Of a DNA stretch of 45,755 bases, positions 15,761 through 25,510 are shown piece after piece. The position numbers and the translations under genes were made by a program. Position 1 is the stretch's first letter; each line of letters begins with the position of its first letter. A model generated the notes under the pieces. That model saw only the letters and a program-made list of their open reading frames with translations. It made no database searches and was not told the DNA's origin. Source of the DNA: a virus; UHGV virus genome UHGV-0209863. One strand, 5' to 3'.

Positions 15761-16854
15761 ATTATTATAACGAATGGGACCCGCAAGCCGCAGCGTGGTT
15801 GCGAGAGCTAATTGCAGAACGTTTAATTCCTAGAGGACTGGTTGATGAAAGAAGTATCACTGAAGTTAAAGCTGAAGACCTCGAAGGCTTCACCCAATGC
15901 CATTTCTTCGCAGGAATCGGCGGCTGGCCTCTTGCCCTGCAACTTGCGGGAGTCAGCCACAAAACACGGCTCTGGACCGGCAGCCCGCCGTGCCAGCCGT
16001 TCAGCGCTGCCGGAAAACAGCTCGGACAGTTCGACCTTCGGCACCTTGCGCCAGTGTTCCTCAGTCTCATCAGTGAGTGCCGCCCTCCAGTCCTCTTTGG
16101 AGAACAAGTTGCGCCAGCAATTGCAAAATCGTGGATGTGCGATTTACAAACTCACCTGGAAGGAGAAGATTACGCCGTCGGGTTTGCCGTACTCCCAGCT
16201 TGTAGCGTCGGCGCACCGCACAAAAGAGAGCGACTCTTCTTTGGTGCGAAGCAACTGGCCGACACCGGCGGCGAACGAGTTCGAATGCGACCCGGAGAAG
16301 GTGTTAGCGCGCCGGGAGAAATTGAAGGGCGAGAAGAAAAACGGCAACGGGTTTGGGCTGACTTTGGGGCAGAGCGTGCCTATTTATCTGGCGGCGTGGG
16401 CGACGCCGACCGCGAACGACTACAAAGGGAGCGGAGAGACAGTGATTCGCAAGGATGGGAAGGACCGAACATTCGACCGACTGGACTATTCAACGGAGCA
16501 GGGATTGAAACTGACGAATTGGCCGACGCCGCGCTCCGCCGACGGAGAGAAGAATGTGCGAACGCTGGAAGGTGCGATGAGGGAGATAGCACGGAAAGGC
16601 GGACCTCAAGACGTGGCACAAGCAGCGGCGATAACACAACCAATTCGCATCACAGCTTCTGGTCAGATGCTGACTGGCTCGGATGCCGTGATGGAAAGTT
16701 CCGGCCAGTTGAACCCGGCACATTCCCGCTGGCTAATGGGCTTCCCGCCAGAGTGGGACGACTGCGCGGTTACGGCAATGCAATCGTTCCGCAAGTCGCG
16801 GCCGAATTCATCACAGCTTTCATGGGCGCCGCTGGCGAAACGCTTAAGGACTAA
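15757..16854 (+). CDS. DNA (cytosine-5)-methyltransferase, reading frame internally switched (possible pseudogene or recoded gene)
   Basis: Frame 1 carries motif I FAGIGG, motif IV PCQPFSAAG, motif VI FGEQV, motif VIII HKRERLFF, and at its end motif X GNAIVPQVAAEFI. The target-recognition region with three WPTPxAxD repeats and motif IX LMGFPPEW is only in frame 2 (15842..16861). The probable start is ATG 15757 (MNYYNEWD). Confidence 0.7.
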   Translation: MNYYNEWDPQAAAWLRELIAERLIPRGLVDERSITEVKAEDLEGFTQCHFFAGIGGWPLALQLAGVSHKTRLWTGSPPCQPFSAAGKQLGQFDLRHLAPVFLSLISECRPPVLFGEQVAPAIAKSWMCDLQTHLEGEDYAVGFAVLPACSVGAPHKRERLFFGAKQLADTGGERVRMRPGEGVSAPGEIEGREEKRQRVWADFGAERAYLSGGVGDADRERLQRERRDSDSQGWEGPNIRPTGLFNGAGIETDELADAALRRRREECANAGRCDEGDSTERRTSRRGTSSGDNTTNSHHSFWSDADWLGCRDGKFRPVEPGTFPLANGLPARVGRLRGYGNAIVPQVAAEFITAFMGAAGETLKD

Positions 16855-16857
16855 GAA

Positions 16858-18294
16858 ATGAAATTCACACGCCGCCCTTACCAAAAGGACATAACATCTT
16901 TCATATTGAAACATCCTCGTTGTAACATTTTTGCAACTATGGGCGCGGGCAAAAGTTCAGCGACACTCTGGAGTCTGAACAAGATGTTCCAGACCGGCAT
17001 CCTGGACGACTGGAACGCCGACACAATGACTGGCGACCGTGTGCTGGTGCTTGCCCCATTACGTGTCGCTTCAGGTACGTGGCCTAAAGAACAAACACAG
17101 TGGCAATTCCCCGCGCTGCGCGTCGTCGACGGCACCGGCAGCCGCCAGTATCGTGAAGACGTGATGCTTAACGACGACGCTAACGTCGTGTGCTGCAACT
17201 ATGACATTCTGGAATGGCTGGTCGAGTTCTGGGGCGACCGCTGGCCCTTCACAGTTATCGTTGCCGATGAATCGACCAAGCTGAAGTCGTTCCGTAGTCG
17301 CGGCGGTAGCAAGCGAGCCCGGGCGCTTGGCAAGGTGGCGCACAAGAAGATTAAGCGCTTCATTAATCTAACCGGTACGCCAGCGCCAAACGGTCTGAAA
17401 GACCTCTGGGGTCAGTGCTGGTTTCTCGACGCAGGCCAGCGCCTCGGCAGCAGCTATCAGTCATTCACCGACCGCTGGTTCATCAGCGTACAGGAGGGAA
17501 GCCACCATGCAGCTAAATCGTACAAGCCGCGCAGTGGCGCTGACACGGAAATCCACCAACGTATTGCTGATATATCTCTCACAGTGGACGCCGCAGAGTT
17601 CTTCGGTTGTGATAAGCCGATTGTGGTTCCGATAGTCGTCCCACTGCCGCCGAAGGCCCGTAAAGCCTACGACCAGATGGAAAAGGAACTATTCGCCCAG
17701 CTCGAAGCCGGAGAGGTGGAAGCGGCGAACGCGGCGGCGCGCACCCAGAAGTGCCTACAAATAGCCAGCGGTGCCGTGTATACGACGGGCGACGATGGAG
17801 AGGCTACGAAAGAGTGGGAGGCCATCCACAACGCGAAGCTGGAGGCGCTGGACTCGATATACGACGAGCTGAACGGCGCGCCGCTCCTGGTGGCCTACCA
17901 GTTCCAGCACGACCGCGCCCGCATCCTTAAGAAGTTCCCGGAAGCTGTAGCGCTGGCGAAGGGGGTGAAGGGTAACAGGCAAATCGAGGCGTGGAACCGT
18001 GGCGAAATCGAAATGCTGCTGGTGCACCCTGCGTCTGCCGGTCACGGCCTCAACCTTCAGGACGGCGGCTGTCACCTGGCCTTCTACTCGATGACGTGGA
18101 ATTACGAGCACTACGCGCAGGTTATCGAACGTATTGGCCCTGTGCGTCAGCATCAGGCTGGACATCCACGCCCGGTATTCGTGTACCAGATTCAGGCTGC
18201 CGATACGCTTGACCAGGTCGTCCAGGCGCGCGTAGAGGGTAAGGAAGAGGTTCAGGACTTATTGATGCAGTATTGCAAACAGAAGAGAGGTTGA
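16858..18294 (+). CDS. SNF2/DEAD-like superfamily 2 helicase
   Basis: Walker A ATMGAGKS, motif II VIVADESTKLKS, and a C-terminal helicase domain. Confidence 0.8.
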   Translation: MKFTRRPYQKDITSFILKHPRCNIFATMGAGKSSATLWSLNKMFQTGILDDWNADTMTGDRVLVLAPLRVASGTWPKEQTQWQFPALRVVDGTGSRQYREDVMLNDDANVVCCNYDILEWLVEFWGDRWPFTVIVADESTKLKSFRSRGGSKRARALGKVAHKKIKRFINLTGTPAPNGLKDLWGQCWFLDAGQRLGSSYQSFTDRWFISVQEGSHHAAKSYKPRSGADTEIHQRIADISLTVDAAEFFGCDKPIVVPIVVPLPPKARKAYDQMEKELFAQLEAGEVEAANAAARTQKCLQIASGAVYTTGDDGEATKEWEAIHNAKLEALDSIYDELNGAPLLVAYQFQHDRARILKKFPEAVALAKGVKGNRQIEAWNRGEIEMLLVHPASAGHGLNLQDGGCHLAFYSMTWNYEHYAQVIERIGPVRQHQAGHPRPVFVYQIQAADTLDQVVQARVEGKEEVQDLLMQYCKQKRG

Positions 18295-18296
18295 AA

Positions 18297-18524
18297 ATGA
18301 CGCCGGAACAGCAAAAAGCGGAAGTGTACGACATGCTGCGGGAGGACTATGAACTCGATGGTGGGCTGGTTGACTTTGTCGACTGGCAGGCCAAAAGAAT
18401 CAAGGAACTCGAAGCCGAGAACGCCAGACTACGGCAGCAACGTGACGCAGCGAACGCGCAACTGGATTTTATTCTGGAGAATCTGAAAGAAGAATTACCC
18501 CGCCGAAGCGGGGTTTTTTCATAA
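18297..18524 (+). CDS. hypothetical coiled-coil protein
   Basis: ATG 18297 (MTPEQQKAEVYD...) with a GAGG RBS. The ORF-track start at 18273 is a TTG inside the helicase gene. Confidence 0.4.
   Translation: MTPEQQKAEVYDMLREDYELDGGLVDFVDWQAKRIKELEAENARLRQQRDAANAQLDFILENLKEELPRRSGVFS
18498..18520 (+). terminator. rho-independent terminator at the convergence point with the tailspike gene
   Basis: CCCCGC-CGAA-GCGGGG followed by TTTTTTC. Confidence 0.55.
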
Positions 18525-20687
18525 ATCAGAAATCATTATTCTCGCCTTCCTTGACGATGGCTCTGGCGTTGAATCTCTTTTCTCTAAAATAAGGTCACTG
18601 GTATCTGATTTATAATGAATGACCCATCCATCAAAAGTGCCTGACCTATCAGAACCAAAAATTTTATTAGTGCCGGTTATTTTCACTACAGTTCCGTCGC
18701 CACTTCCTGGCTTCCCTCCAATAGCAAAAACACCGGATTGAGTTCCGTCTGCAAATTGTACTGTACAGATACCTATGGAATTCATGCCTGCGCTACTTAA
18801 TATTACATATCCACCTTGAGTTGTTGGTAGATCGAATACTTTTGTTTTGCTGTCAGTAATCAGGCATGAACTCTGGACAATAGTGTCTGGTAAGAACTCC
18901 TGCGGAGTAACACCTGTAAACCCAGATAATGAAATGTCATTATTAATGTATTTAAGACCGCCATTAATTAATGCATCAGAAAAATTCACCACTGCATTTT
19001 TTACAAAACTAACAATATTACCATGAATCATGCATTTATCGAAGGTAACTTTATACCCATTGACTACGGTTTCAGATTCCATTAGTGTGTTATTGCAGAT
19101 ATTTATTCTTATCGCTGCTGTTGGAGACCCAGGATAATTCATATCAATTGATACTTTTTTCCTCCTTACAAAGTTATTTGAAATATCAATATCGCTAACA
19201 CCGTTTGCTAACAGTATTCCATCACCCACCAGCCCATCACCAGCCGCGTTAATAGCTGATTGATTGTCATATATCGTATTGTTGCTGACCTTCACCCAAG
19301 AGCCACCCACATAAACACCAGAGCGCTTTGTTGGTCCCAGAATCGTGTTGTTGACAATGGTTGCGCTATAGTTACCCGCACCTTCATTCTGAGGGGCGAT
19401 TGCGATCCCGTCGTAGTTGGCGTGTTGGCTAGCGTATGCTTTTACAGCGATGATATTTCCATCAACAATGGAACCAAAGTTATCACGCAACAATATTCCA
19501 GGGTTATAACTATTAAGGCAGATATTGCCCTTAATAATTGTTCGTATAGTATGATAGCCAGCCTCAATCCCGGTATCAGCAGAATCTGCGCACGAGTTTC
19601 CTATTATGATGTTGTCATAAACAAATTTCCCATTTGCAGACGAATCCGCACTAGCGGTCACAAAAATATTATTCTGAGCAACCGTCCCTCGGCAAATGTT
19701 ACCGGAAACCATATTCCTGTTCGCGCCTTCATCGGTAATGTGGATGTTATTGTCGTAGGTATCAATAATCGTATTATTTATAATTTTGTTATTTGCTGCG
19801 CCCTCAATGGTGATACCACCCCCTTGTGAACCATCAATGAAGCACCCAGATACAGTATTATTATCCCCTGTAATATGAATGATATTGTTATAATGCATTT
19901 GGTTTGGTGCTGCGTTTCTACCATTGAATTTTAAATCACTAACCGAGCAACCACTCCCGGTTATAGTTAAAAGCCGACCATTGACTCCTGCTTTTTTGAT
20001 GATTCTTCCAGGCCCAAAAATTGATACATTATCCGATGACAACGTTAGACTTGACGCAATATAGTCCCCGTCAGGAAAGTAAACACTACGACCTGAATCA
20101 AGAACTTTTTGCAACTCAACAGTAACATCGGTTATGCCATCACCGGTGACTAATGAATCCTTTACACTGATAAAGTCTGCATTTTTATCATGCTGAGTTC
20201 TAGGTGAAGAGCCTGCATATGGTTGTTTAACGGTTATCAGTGCATCGCCTTTATTTACCGCTGAAGATGCTAACTCTGGGCGAAGAGTAATATCCCCGGC
20301 AGGCATCCAGCCAGAAGACGATACGCCACCAGTTGTTGCCGGGGATGATGCTGCGGGGATTACCTTAGGATATGCGCCTTTCCATACATAGTAGTTGCCG
20401 TCGCCGCCAGAAGAAACAGGCCACAGTACCGCGCGGTCGGAGTCTCCGACAGCAAGCGTACCGCCGGTAACGAAAGTAAACGGTGCCGGACGGAATCCTG
20501 CGTCGCGTAGTACCGCCGGTAGTGTTTTCTGTACCTGCCCGGTAACCGGATTGGTGGCATAGTCAATAGTTGTACCGCCCGGAACACCGCCGGACAAGCC
20601 CGTAATAACTTCTGCTTCAAAGACCTGATGCTGCTTTGCAGTTTTCAGGTCTTCCAGTGATAATACGTCACCGCATCCGCTTGACAT
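18519..20687 (-). CDS. tailspike / receptor-binding depolymerase with right-handed beta-helix
   Basis: 722 aa. Repeated NNxIxD/NxxIxG beta-helix rungs, which are pectate-lyase-like. The conserved-looking N-terminal ~190 aa is GC-rich. The C-terminal 2/3 falls to about 40% GC. Confidence 0.75.
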   Translation of the reverse strand: MSSGCGDVLSLEDLKTAKQHQVFEAEVITGLSGGVPGGTTIDYATNPVTGQVQKTLPAVLRDAGFRPAPFTFVTGGTLAVGDSDRAVLWPVSSGGDGNYYVWKGAYPKVIPAASSPATTGGVSSSGWMPAGDITLRPELASSAVNKGDALITVKQPYAGSSPRTQHDKNADFISVKDSLVTGDGITDVTVELQKVLDSGRSVYFPDGDYIASSLTLSSDNVSIFGPGRIIKKAGVNGRLLTITGSGCSVSDLKFNGRNAAPNQMHYNNIIHITGDNNTVSGCFIDGSQGGGITIEGAANNKIINNTIIDTYDNNIHITDEGANRNMVSGNICRGTVAQNNIFVTASADSSANGKFVYDNIIIGNSCADSADTGIEAGYHTIRTIIKGNICLNSYNPGILLRDNFGSIVDGNIIAVKAYASQHANYDGIAIAPQNEGAGNYSATIVNNTILGPTKRSGVYVGGSWVKVSNNTIYDNQSAINAAGDGLVGDGILLANGVSDIDISNNFVRRKKVSIDMNYPGSPTAAIRINICNNTLMESETVVNGYKVTFDKCMIHGNIVSFVKNAVVNFSDALINGGLKYINNDISLSGFTGVTPQEFLPDTIVQSSCLITDSKTKVFDLPTTQGGYVILSSAGMNSIGICTVQFADGTQSGVFAIGGKPGSGDGTVVKITGTNKIFGSDRSGTFDGWVIHYKSDTSDLILEKRDSTPEPSSRKARIMISDL

Positions 20688-20714
20688 ATGTTGCCCTCGT
20701 TAGTAGTTAAGCCT

Positions 20715-23234
20715 TTATACCGGCGTCTGGTGGTCGTAGAAATAATAGTCATCATGGTAATTATACGCCGTTATTTTGGCCGTTCTGTCTGAGCCTGGGT
20801 CAACGGTGCTGACTATCATCATTTGAGCATTATGCCTTTCTTCGTTGCCGAATGAAAACTCTGTTTTCAAAGCGCTGTTCCCAGTGTAAATGGACTCCTG
20901 CGGTGCGGACTGCATGATGACCTTGCGGTCGGAGGAACCTGGCGAAACAGCGATACTCTGCACCGAACCGTCGCGCTTTTTAAGTATAACGGAGTGGTCA
21001 TCGCCTTCTGTGAACTCAACAGGCTGAGATAGTGTAAGCTCCATTCCGTTAACGGCAACCACATAGCCATCATACGGCGCGACGCGAGCACCCTTAACAA
21101 CCGATATCGGACGTCCTGGAACGGCAAAGATGCCCTCTTCGGTGGCGGTGAACTCAACAGAAACACGGCTAAGCGTGTTCTTCTGATAACGACGGTACGC
21201 GTGCCAGAAAGCCTGAGCGTAATTCCTCACGCCTTTGGAATCATAGGTGTCAGTTTTAACTCCACCCGCCGGAGGAATAGTTATGGTTTCGCGGATATTC
21301 GTGTCCGGGTCTATGAAGGTGTATTTAACAGAATCGTACGCGTCACGGTCGTTGAAACGGCGCGTCCATTTCTCGCCGCCGGGTGTCTTGCTGCGGTGAG
21401 TAAACACCATTTCTGGCCCCGGTCGCGGACGCTCAAAATCGAGCACGATATCTTTACCCTTTCGATACGATGTACAGAAGATAGCTTCGGCAATCGTCGT
21501 TATAATGTCCTGCGCGGTAGTGCGGTAATCGTCAAAGGTGTAGCAGAACTGCCCTGCCAGCGCTGAACCGAAATAAGTTTCTATCTCAGTCTGCACAGCC
21601 AGTAAATTGTCCATGCTGGCGACGGACAAATTAAGACCTCCGACGACCGGGTCACGCATCAGGCGAATAAGGGACTGCACGGCTTTTGTGTTCGGAGTTA
21701 GCACTGTGTCAAAGACACCATTTCCCAGGTATTTATAGACCAGCTCCGTCGCCACCATACGCAGTTGCGGCTGTTTTAGTTCCGTCGCGCGCGGGGTTTG
21801 CTTGCGGGCAGAATGTACCGTAGTGCGGTTGCCGTAGTGTGGTGTGTGGTCGATTGACTGGCCATACAGGTTGATATAAGTCACTTCATCAACAACGGTT
21901 CCAGGCCAGCCTAAATCAAGGTCCGTCACCCGACGCATACGCACACGCACTGGTGATGGTGTTGGGAGATTACCGTACACTGTAACCCCGGTGTAGTCGC
22001 TGGAGCGCCCGGAAATAACACCCTGCTGAGTGTACACAGGGCCCGTGGGGGTCCCAGCCGCGGTTAGCGCCTGGTACTGCATTTCCACAGTAACGGCAGT
22101 GCGGAACTTCGTTTCCCCGTTGTCTTTGTACATGCCGTTGCCGGCGGCGACATTAACCACCACACGCTCCACTGGAGCACGGTTTATGGATACCCAGTCC
22201 GTAAGACTTTTGGCATATGTGTCTTGCGGGCCAACCCAGGACGCGTTGCCCTGTGTGATACGGGAGAAGCCTGCCGGGAGCTTTTGCCACTCGACAAGAG
22301 CGGCCCCAGAAAGCGCTACGCGTATTTCATAGGTATCAACATAGGTTACTGTGTAAGTGCCGGAAAGATTAGCGAGATTTTGAATCAGGATTAACGTAAA
22401 AACAACCGTGTCACCCACGGAGACCAACTCATCAAACTCAGAATCCCCGGTGATATCACGAAGAATCCCTGTAGTTCCGGACAAAGAAACCTCACCGACC
22501 TCGCTCGGGTTAACTCGTATACCGTTTTGCGCTTTTAAAACAATTCCGTCTATCTCGTTTGATGTAAAAGTAACATACAAGCCCTGGTTGATTTGGTCGC
22601 CTACCAGAAGTTGTGGCGTTGCCGTATTATTTGGTGATGTGTACGGTGCGTATACGGCAACAGAAGTCCCGGTGATTTCCTGTACTCTTGTGTCGCCGTC
22701 GGTGATATCTGCGGCGTTAATCTGTAACGGCCCGCGCCCGGCGTCGTAGTACGCATACTCGATTACATTACCCGCAGCATTAAAAACCTTGTAAGTGGTC
22801 ATCAGGTCATTTGGTATCGTCTGCACTGTGCCGCAGATATCGTAAGACCGCTCATACGGGCGGGGCTTGTTACTGCGGTCTGTAAGGCTGTTGTTAGGAC
22901 TTTCAACCTGGTTGTTTCCCAGGCGTGGCGATGGTGATTTTGCCGACGGGAAGATTATTTTGTTGATTCGGTTGATAACGCCGAGCGGGTCGAGAACTTT
23001 CATAATCCCGCCAAGTCCGCCGCCCGCGCTTTCTACGACATGAAAGACCGCGTCCTGTTGTAATGCGTCGAAGTCTTCGGTTACCCGGTTGTCTTCGCCA
23101 ATCTCATCAATATAAATTTCAAACGGCACGCCGTCCGGCACATGTGCGATAACGAAATCCATTGGCGCAACTTCCTGCCGCGTCTCCGAAAAACCGCCGT
23201 CTGTATTTCGGGTGTAGTGTATTGTCAGCGCCAA
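20715..23234 (-). CDS. central tail fiber / tail tip protein (J-like host-specificity protein)
   Basis: 839 aa. It is the largest tail gene after the K-like protein, as in lambda-type tail tips. No stronger motif evidence. Confidence 0.5.
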   Translation of the reverse strand: MALTIHYTRNTDGGFSETRQEVAPMDFVIAHVPDGVPFEIYIDEIGEDNRVTEDFDALQQDAVFHVVESAGGGLGGIMKVLDPLGVINRINKIIFPSAKSPSPRLGNNQVESPNNSLTDRSNKPRPYERSYDICGTVQTIPNDLMTTYKVFNAAGNVIEYAYYDAGRGPLQINAADITDGDTRVQEITGTSVAVYAPYTSPNNTATPQLLVGDQINQGLYVTFTSNEIDGIVLKAQNGIRVNPSEVGEVSLSGTTGILRDITGDSEFDELVSVGDTVVFTLILIQNLANLSGTYTVTYVDTYEIRVALSGAALVEWQKLPAGFSRITQGNASWVGPQDTYAKSLTDWVSINRAPVERVVVNVAAGNGMYKDNGETKFRTAVTVEMQYQALTAAGTPTGPVYTQQGVISGRSSDYTGVTVYGNLPTPSPVRVRMRRVTDLDLGWPGTVVDEVTYINLYGQSIDHTPHYGNRTTVHSARKQTPRATELKQPQLRMVATELVYKYLGNGVFDTVLTPNTKAVQSLIRLMRDPVVGGLNLSVASMDNLLAVQTEIETYFGSALAGQFCYTFDDYRTTAQDIITTIAEAIFCTSYRKGKDIVLDFERPRPGPEMVFTHRSKTPGGEKWTRRFNDRDAYDSVKYTFIDPDTNIRETITIPPAGGVKTDTYDSKGVRNYAQAFWHAYRRYQKNTLSRVSVEFTATEEGIFAVPGRPISVVKGARVAPYDGYVVAVNGMELTLSQPVEFTEGDDHSVILKKRDGSVQSIAVSPGSSDRKVIMQSAPQESIYTGNSALKTEFSFGNEERHNAQMMIVSTVDPGSDRTAKITAYNYHDDYYFYDHQTPV

Positions 23235-23590
23235 AATTCAATCTCCTGAAATTGCTGCCGTAGGTCAAATAGTGATTCCAGTTTAACCTGTCTGGCGTAC
23301 AGCGCACAATGGCTGACAAAACCGTCGTAATACACCCCGGCGTGCCAGACAATACGACCGCCGGTACGCTGGCCCATCAGGACAACGTCGAAGTTCTGCG
23401 GCAGAAACGCCTGTATCAGACCTTTAGGTGCGGCGTGGCCGTCGACAAACGCTTTTTCAATGTCACGGGGTGACAGTACGTCGAACTCTGGTGTCTGGAT
23501 TCCTGCGTCACCGCGCACATTGCGCACATGATGCCAACAGTTCCTAGTGCGAAAGTTATAAGGCAAACCAGTGTATGAGCCGATATTCAT
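23225..23590 (-). CDS. minor tail protein with NlpC/P60-like Cys-His motif (gpK-like)
   Basis: Likely start ATG 23590 (MNIGSYTGLPYNFRTRNCWHHV...), an ATGA overlap with the upstream gene. The ORF-track version (188 aa) overlaps its neighbour by 200 nt. Confidence 0.45.
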   Translation of the reverse strand: MNIGSYTGLPYNFRTRNCWHHVRNVRGDAGIQTPEFDVLSPRDIEKAFVDGHAAPKGLIQAFLPQNFDVVLMGQRTGGRIVWHAGVYYDGFVSHCALYARQVKLESLFDLRQQFQEIEFWR

Positions 23591-24099
23591 GACAACACCC
23601 CGCGCAGAATTGGTATTTCGGTCGGAGTCATCAGGATGCCAGTTGAGCGCTCGTTGAGGCGCGGCACGCCGACGTCGGCAGTAAACAGTCCCTTCTCCTG
23701 GGACAGAGACTGTAGGTCGTAAACTATAGGCCCTTTGCAGGGGTATGATAAATCGGTGCTGATGTATGCCCGGAACGTAAACACAGGCCACACCTGATTG
23801 TTGAGCGGGATACGTGCCATTTCATCGTCAAGTTCATTGCCAACATCTGGCAGCGTAAAAGCTGCCTGCTGGTCCATGTCATTATTGTTGGCCGGGTTTT
23901 TAGCGTCCATGGGCGACGGTTCGAATGTTACCGTCTCGCCTGTCTCAAGTGTTGCCGTTAGTTGTGAAGTACCACGCACGATAAGATAGCGTTTTGACAG
24001 CAAGGGGTGCGTAATTTCCACTGTCGTATAGTCAATCTGGCCTTCCGGGTTGGAGGCCAGTTTCAATTTATACGCCGCTAAAACTGAATCCTGACTCAT
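23587..24099 (-). CDS. minor tail protein
   Basis: 170 aa, positioned between the distal tail protein and the K-like protein. Confidence 0.4.
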   Translation of the reverse strand: MSQDSVLAAYKLKLASNPEGQIDYTTVEITHPLLSKRYLIVRGTSQLTATLETGETVTFEPSPMDAKNPANNNDMDQQAAFTLPDVGNELDDEMARIPLNNQVWPVFTFRAYISTDLSYPCKGPIVYDLQSLSQEKGLFTADVGVPRLNERSTGILMTPTEIPILRGVLS

Positions 24100-24107
24100 A
24101 GGCTTAC

Positions 24108-25508
24108 CTACACGATAAAATCAATGCGCGTGATGTATTTAGAGCCCCAGGCGCTGTCTGCCTGTGGTATCGTTGCGTACCCGTTGACCGCTGCCACATT
24201 TGCGGTAGAAGCGTCTGAGTAGGTTATTTTTATTGACGTTGCTTTGTTAGTCCTGACCTTTGCAATAGAAGCAGCGCGGGTTATTACGGAGGCATCCGTT
24301 ACTATCGGCTCCGCGACATCTGCGTTATTCTGCATTTGTACGTTAGCAAAAATAACACCGTCAACCCCATTCCCTGAAAAAGTTGGCGCCCGTGGGCTGC
24401 TGACTAAAGGAACCACCGCCATTATCGCATTACGCAGAGATGACATATCGCCAGTTACCTGAGCCGAACACGAGCATAAGTACCAGCCACCCCCCAGGGG
24501 TGTTACCCGCCTGTTTGTCGCGCTCCCGGCGGTACTCTGGTTACTCAAATCAAAATTTGCATATTGGTCAGTTATCCCGGTTGAACCACCAGCGAAATAT
24601 AACTGCACCACGTTCATTCCGGCGGCTTTAACAACGGCAGATATGTTGATTAAAGTTCCGGTCGGTAATGGGTTTACAGCAGAAGCACGATAGTGCTGCG
24701 CCGATGTGCTATTGGGGATTAGCTTAAAACCATAAAAGTCGCCAAATATTCGCTCGTTAGATGTTTGAACGTTTAAATTAAGCGAGAACCAGTTTGAATT
24801 GCTTAAATCACGGCTATATTTTAACAGATTAGATTCTGCGTTTCTTGGTTGGCCTCTCCCAACAGTGTAACCACCAATGTACATAACAGGCCACTCATCA
24901 ACGGCAGAAGGCACAAGAAGCCCGGCGCTGTTGAGATAGTTAACAGAGGGACCTGTGTACTCAATACGTGAGTCCAGGACGGATGCCAGCATATCAATCG
25001 GAGGATACCCAGCCGGGCCTTCGTTACTCCAGATACGCGGGAAGGTCGTTTGCGCGGTTCCGTATTCCGTCAGGAAATAGCCCAGGCAATCACCGTAGCA
25101 ACCGAACAGGTCGGGCAGATTTTCGGTAAGGCAATTCTCTTCCTGAATCGCGGTACGTTCGGCAGTTGCCGTGAAGGAGATTACCCAGTTCTTGCCGTCC
25201 TCAGTACTGTCACTTATCGTGCTGGTAATCATCACCTGGTGGTCGGCTAAACCGTAGCCTGTGTCGTTCACCATAATAAACGAATCAGCGCCGCCGTTAA
25301 TCTGCGTCAGGAAACTGTAAAAAGCCTGGCGGCCGAGATTAGACACGACCAGAGTGATGCTAATCGGTACAGGCTCGAAATAGGTGTCACGACCCTGGCG
25401 CGGCAGACCGCCCTGAACGTCGGTGCGCCAGATATTATTGCCGCGTGTCTGTGAGTAGCCTTTCGATACGATGGGGCGTAAAGACGCCGGGAACCGCAAA
25501 TCGCTCAT
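24108..25508 (-). CDS. distal tail protein with C-terminal extension (Dit-like)
   Basis: 466 aa, immediately downstream of the tape measure gene. Confidence 0.45.
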   Translation of the reverse strand: MSDLRFPASLRPIVSKGYSQTRGNNIWRTDVQGGLPRQGRDTYFEPVPISITLVVSNLGRQAFYSFLTQINGGADSFIMVNDTGYGLADHQVMITSTISDSTEDGKNWVISFTATAERTAIQEENCLTENLPDLFGCYGDCLGYFLTEYGTAQTTFPRIWSNEGPAGYPPIDMLASVLDSRIEYTGPSVNYLNSAGLLVPSAVDEWPVMYIGGYTVGRGQPRNAESNLLKYSRDLSNSNWFSLNLNVQTSNERIFGDFYGFKLIPNSTSAQHYRASAVNPLPTGTLINISAVVKAAGMNVVQLYFAGGSTGITDQYANFDLSNQSTAGSATNRRVTPLGGGWYLCSCSAQVTGDMSSLRNAIMAVVPLVSSPRAPTFSGNGVDGVIFANVQMQNNADVAEPIVTDASVITRAASIAKVRTNKATSIKITYSDASTANVAAVNGYATIPQADSAWGSKYITRIDFIV

Positions 25509-25510
25509 GT

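Noticed and set aside
19260-19829. 189-aa plus-strand ORF inside the tailspike gene
   Set aside because: Antisense to the beta-helix repeats. Hydrophobic nonsense translation.
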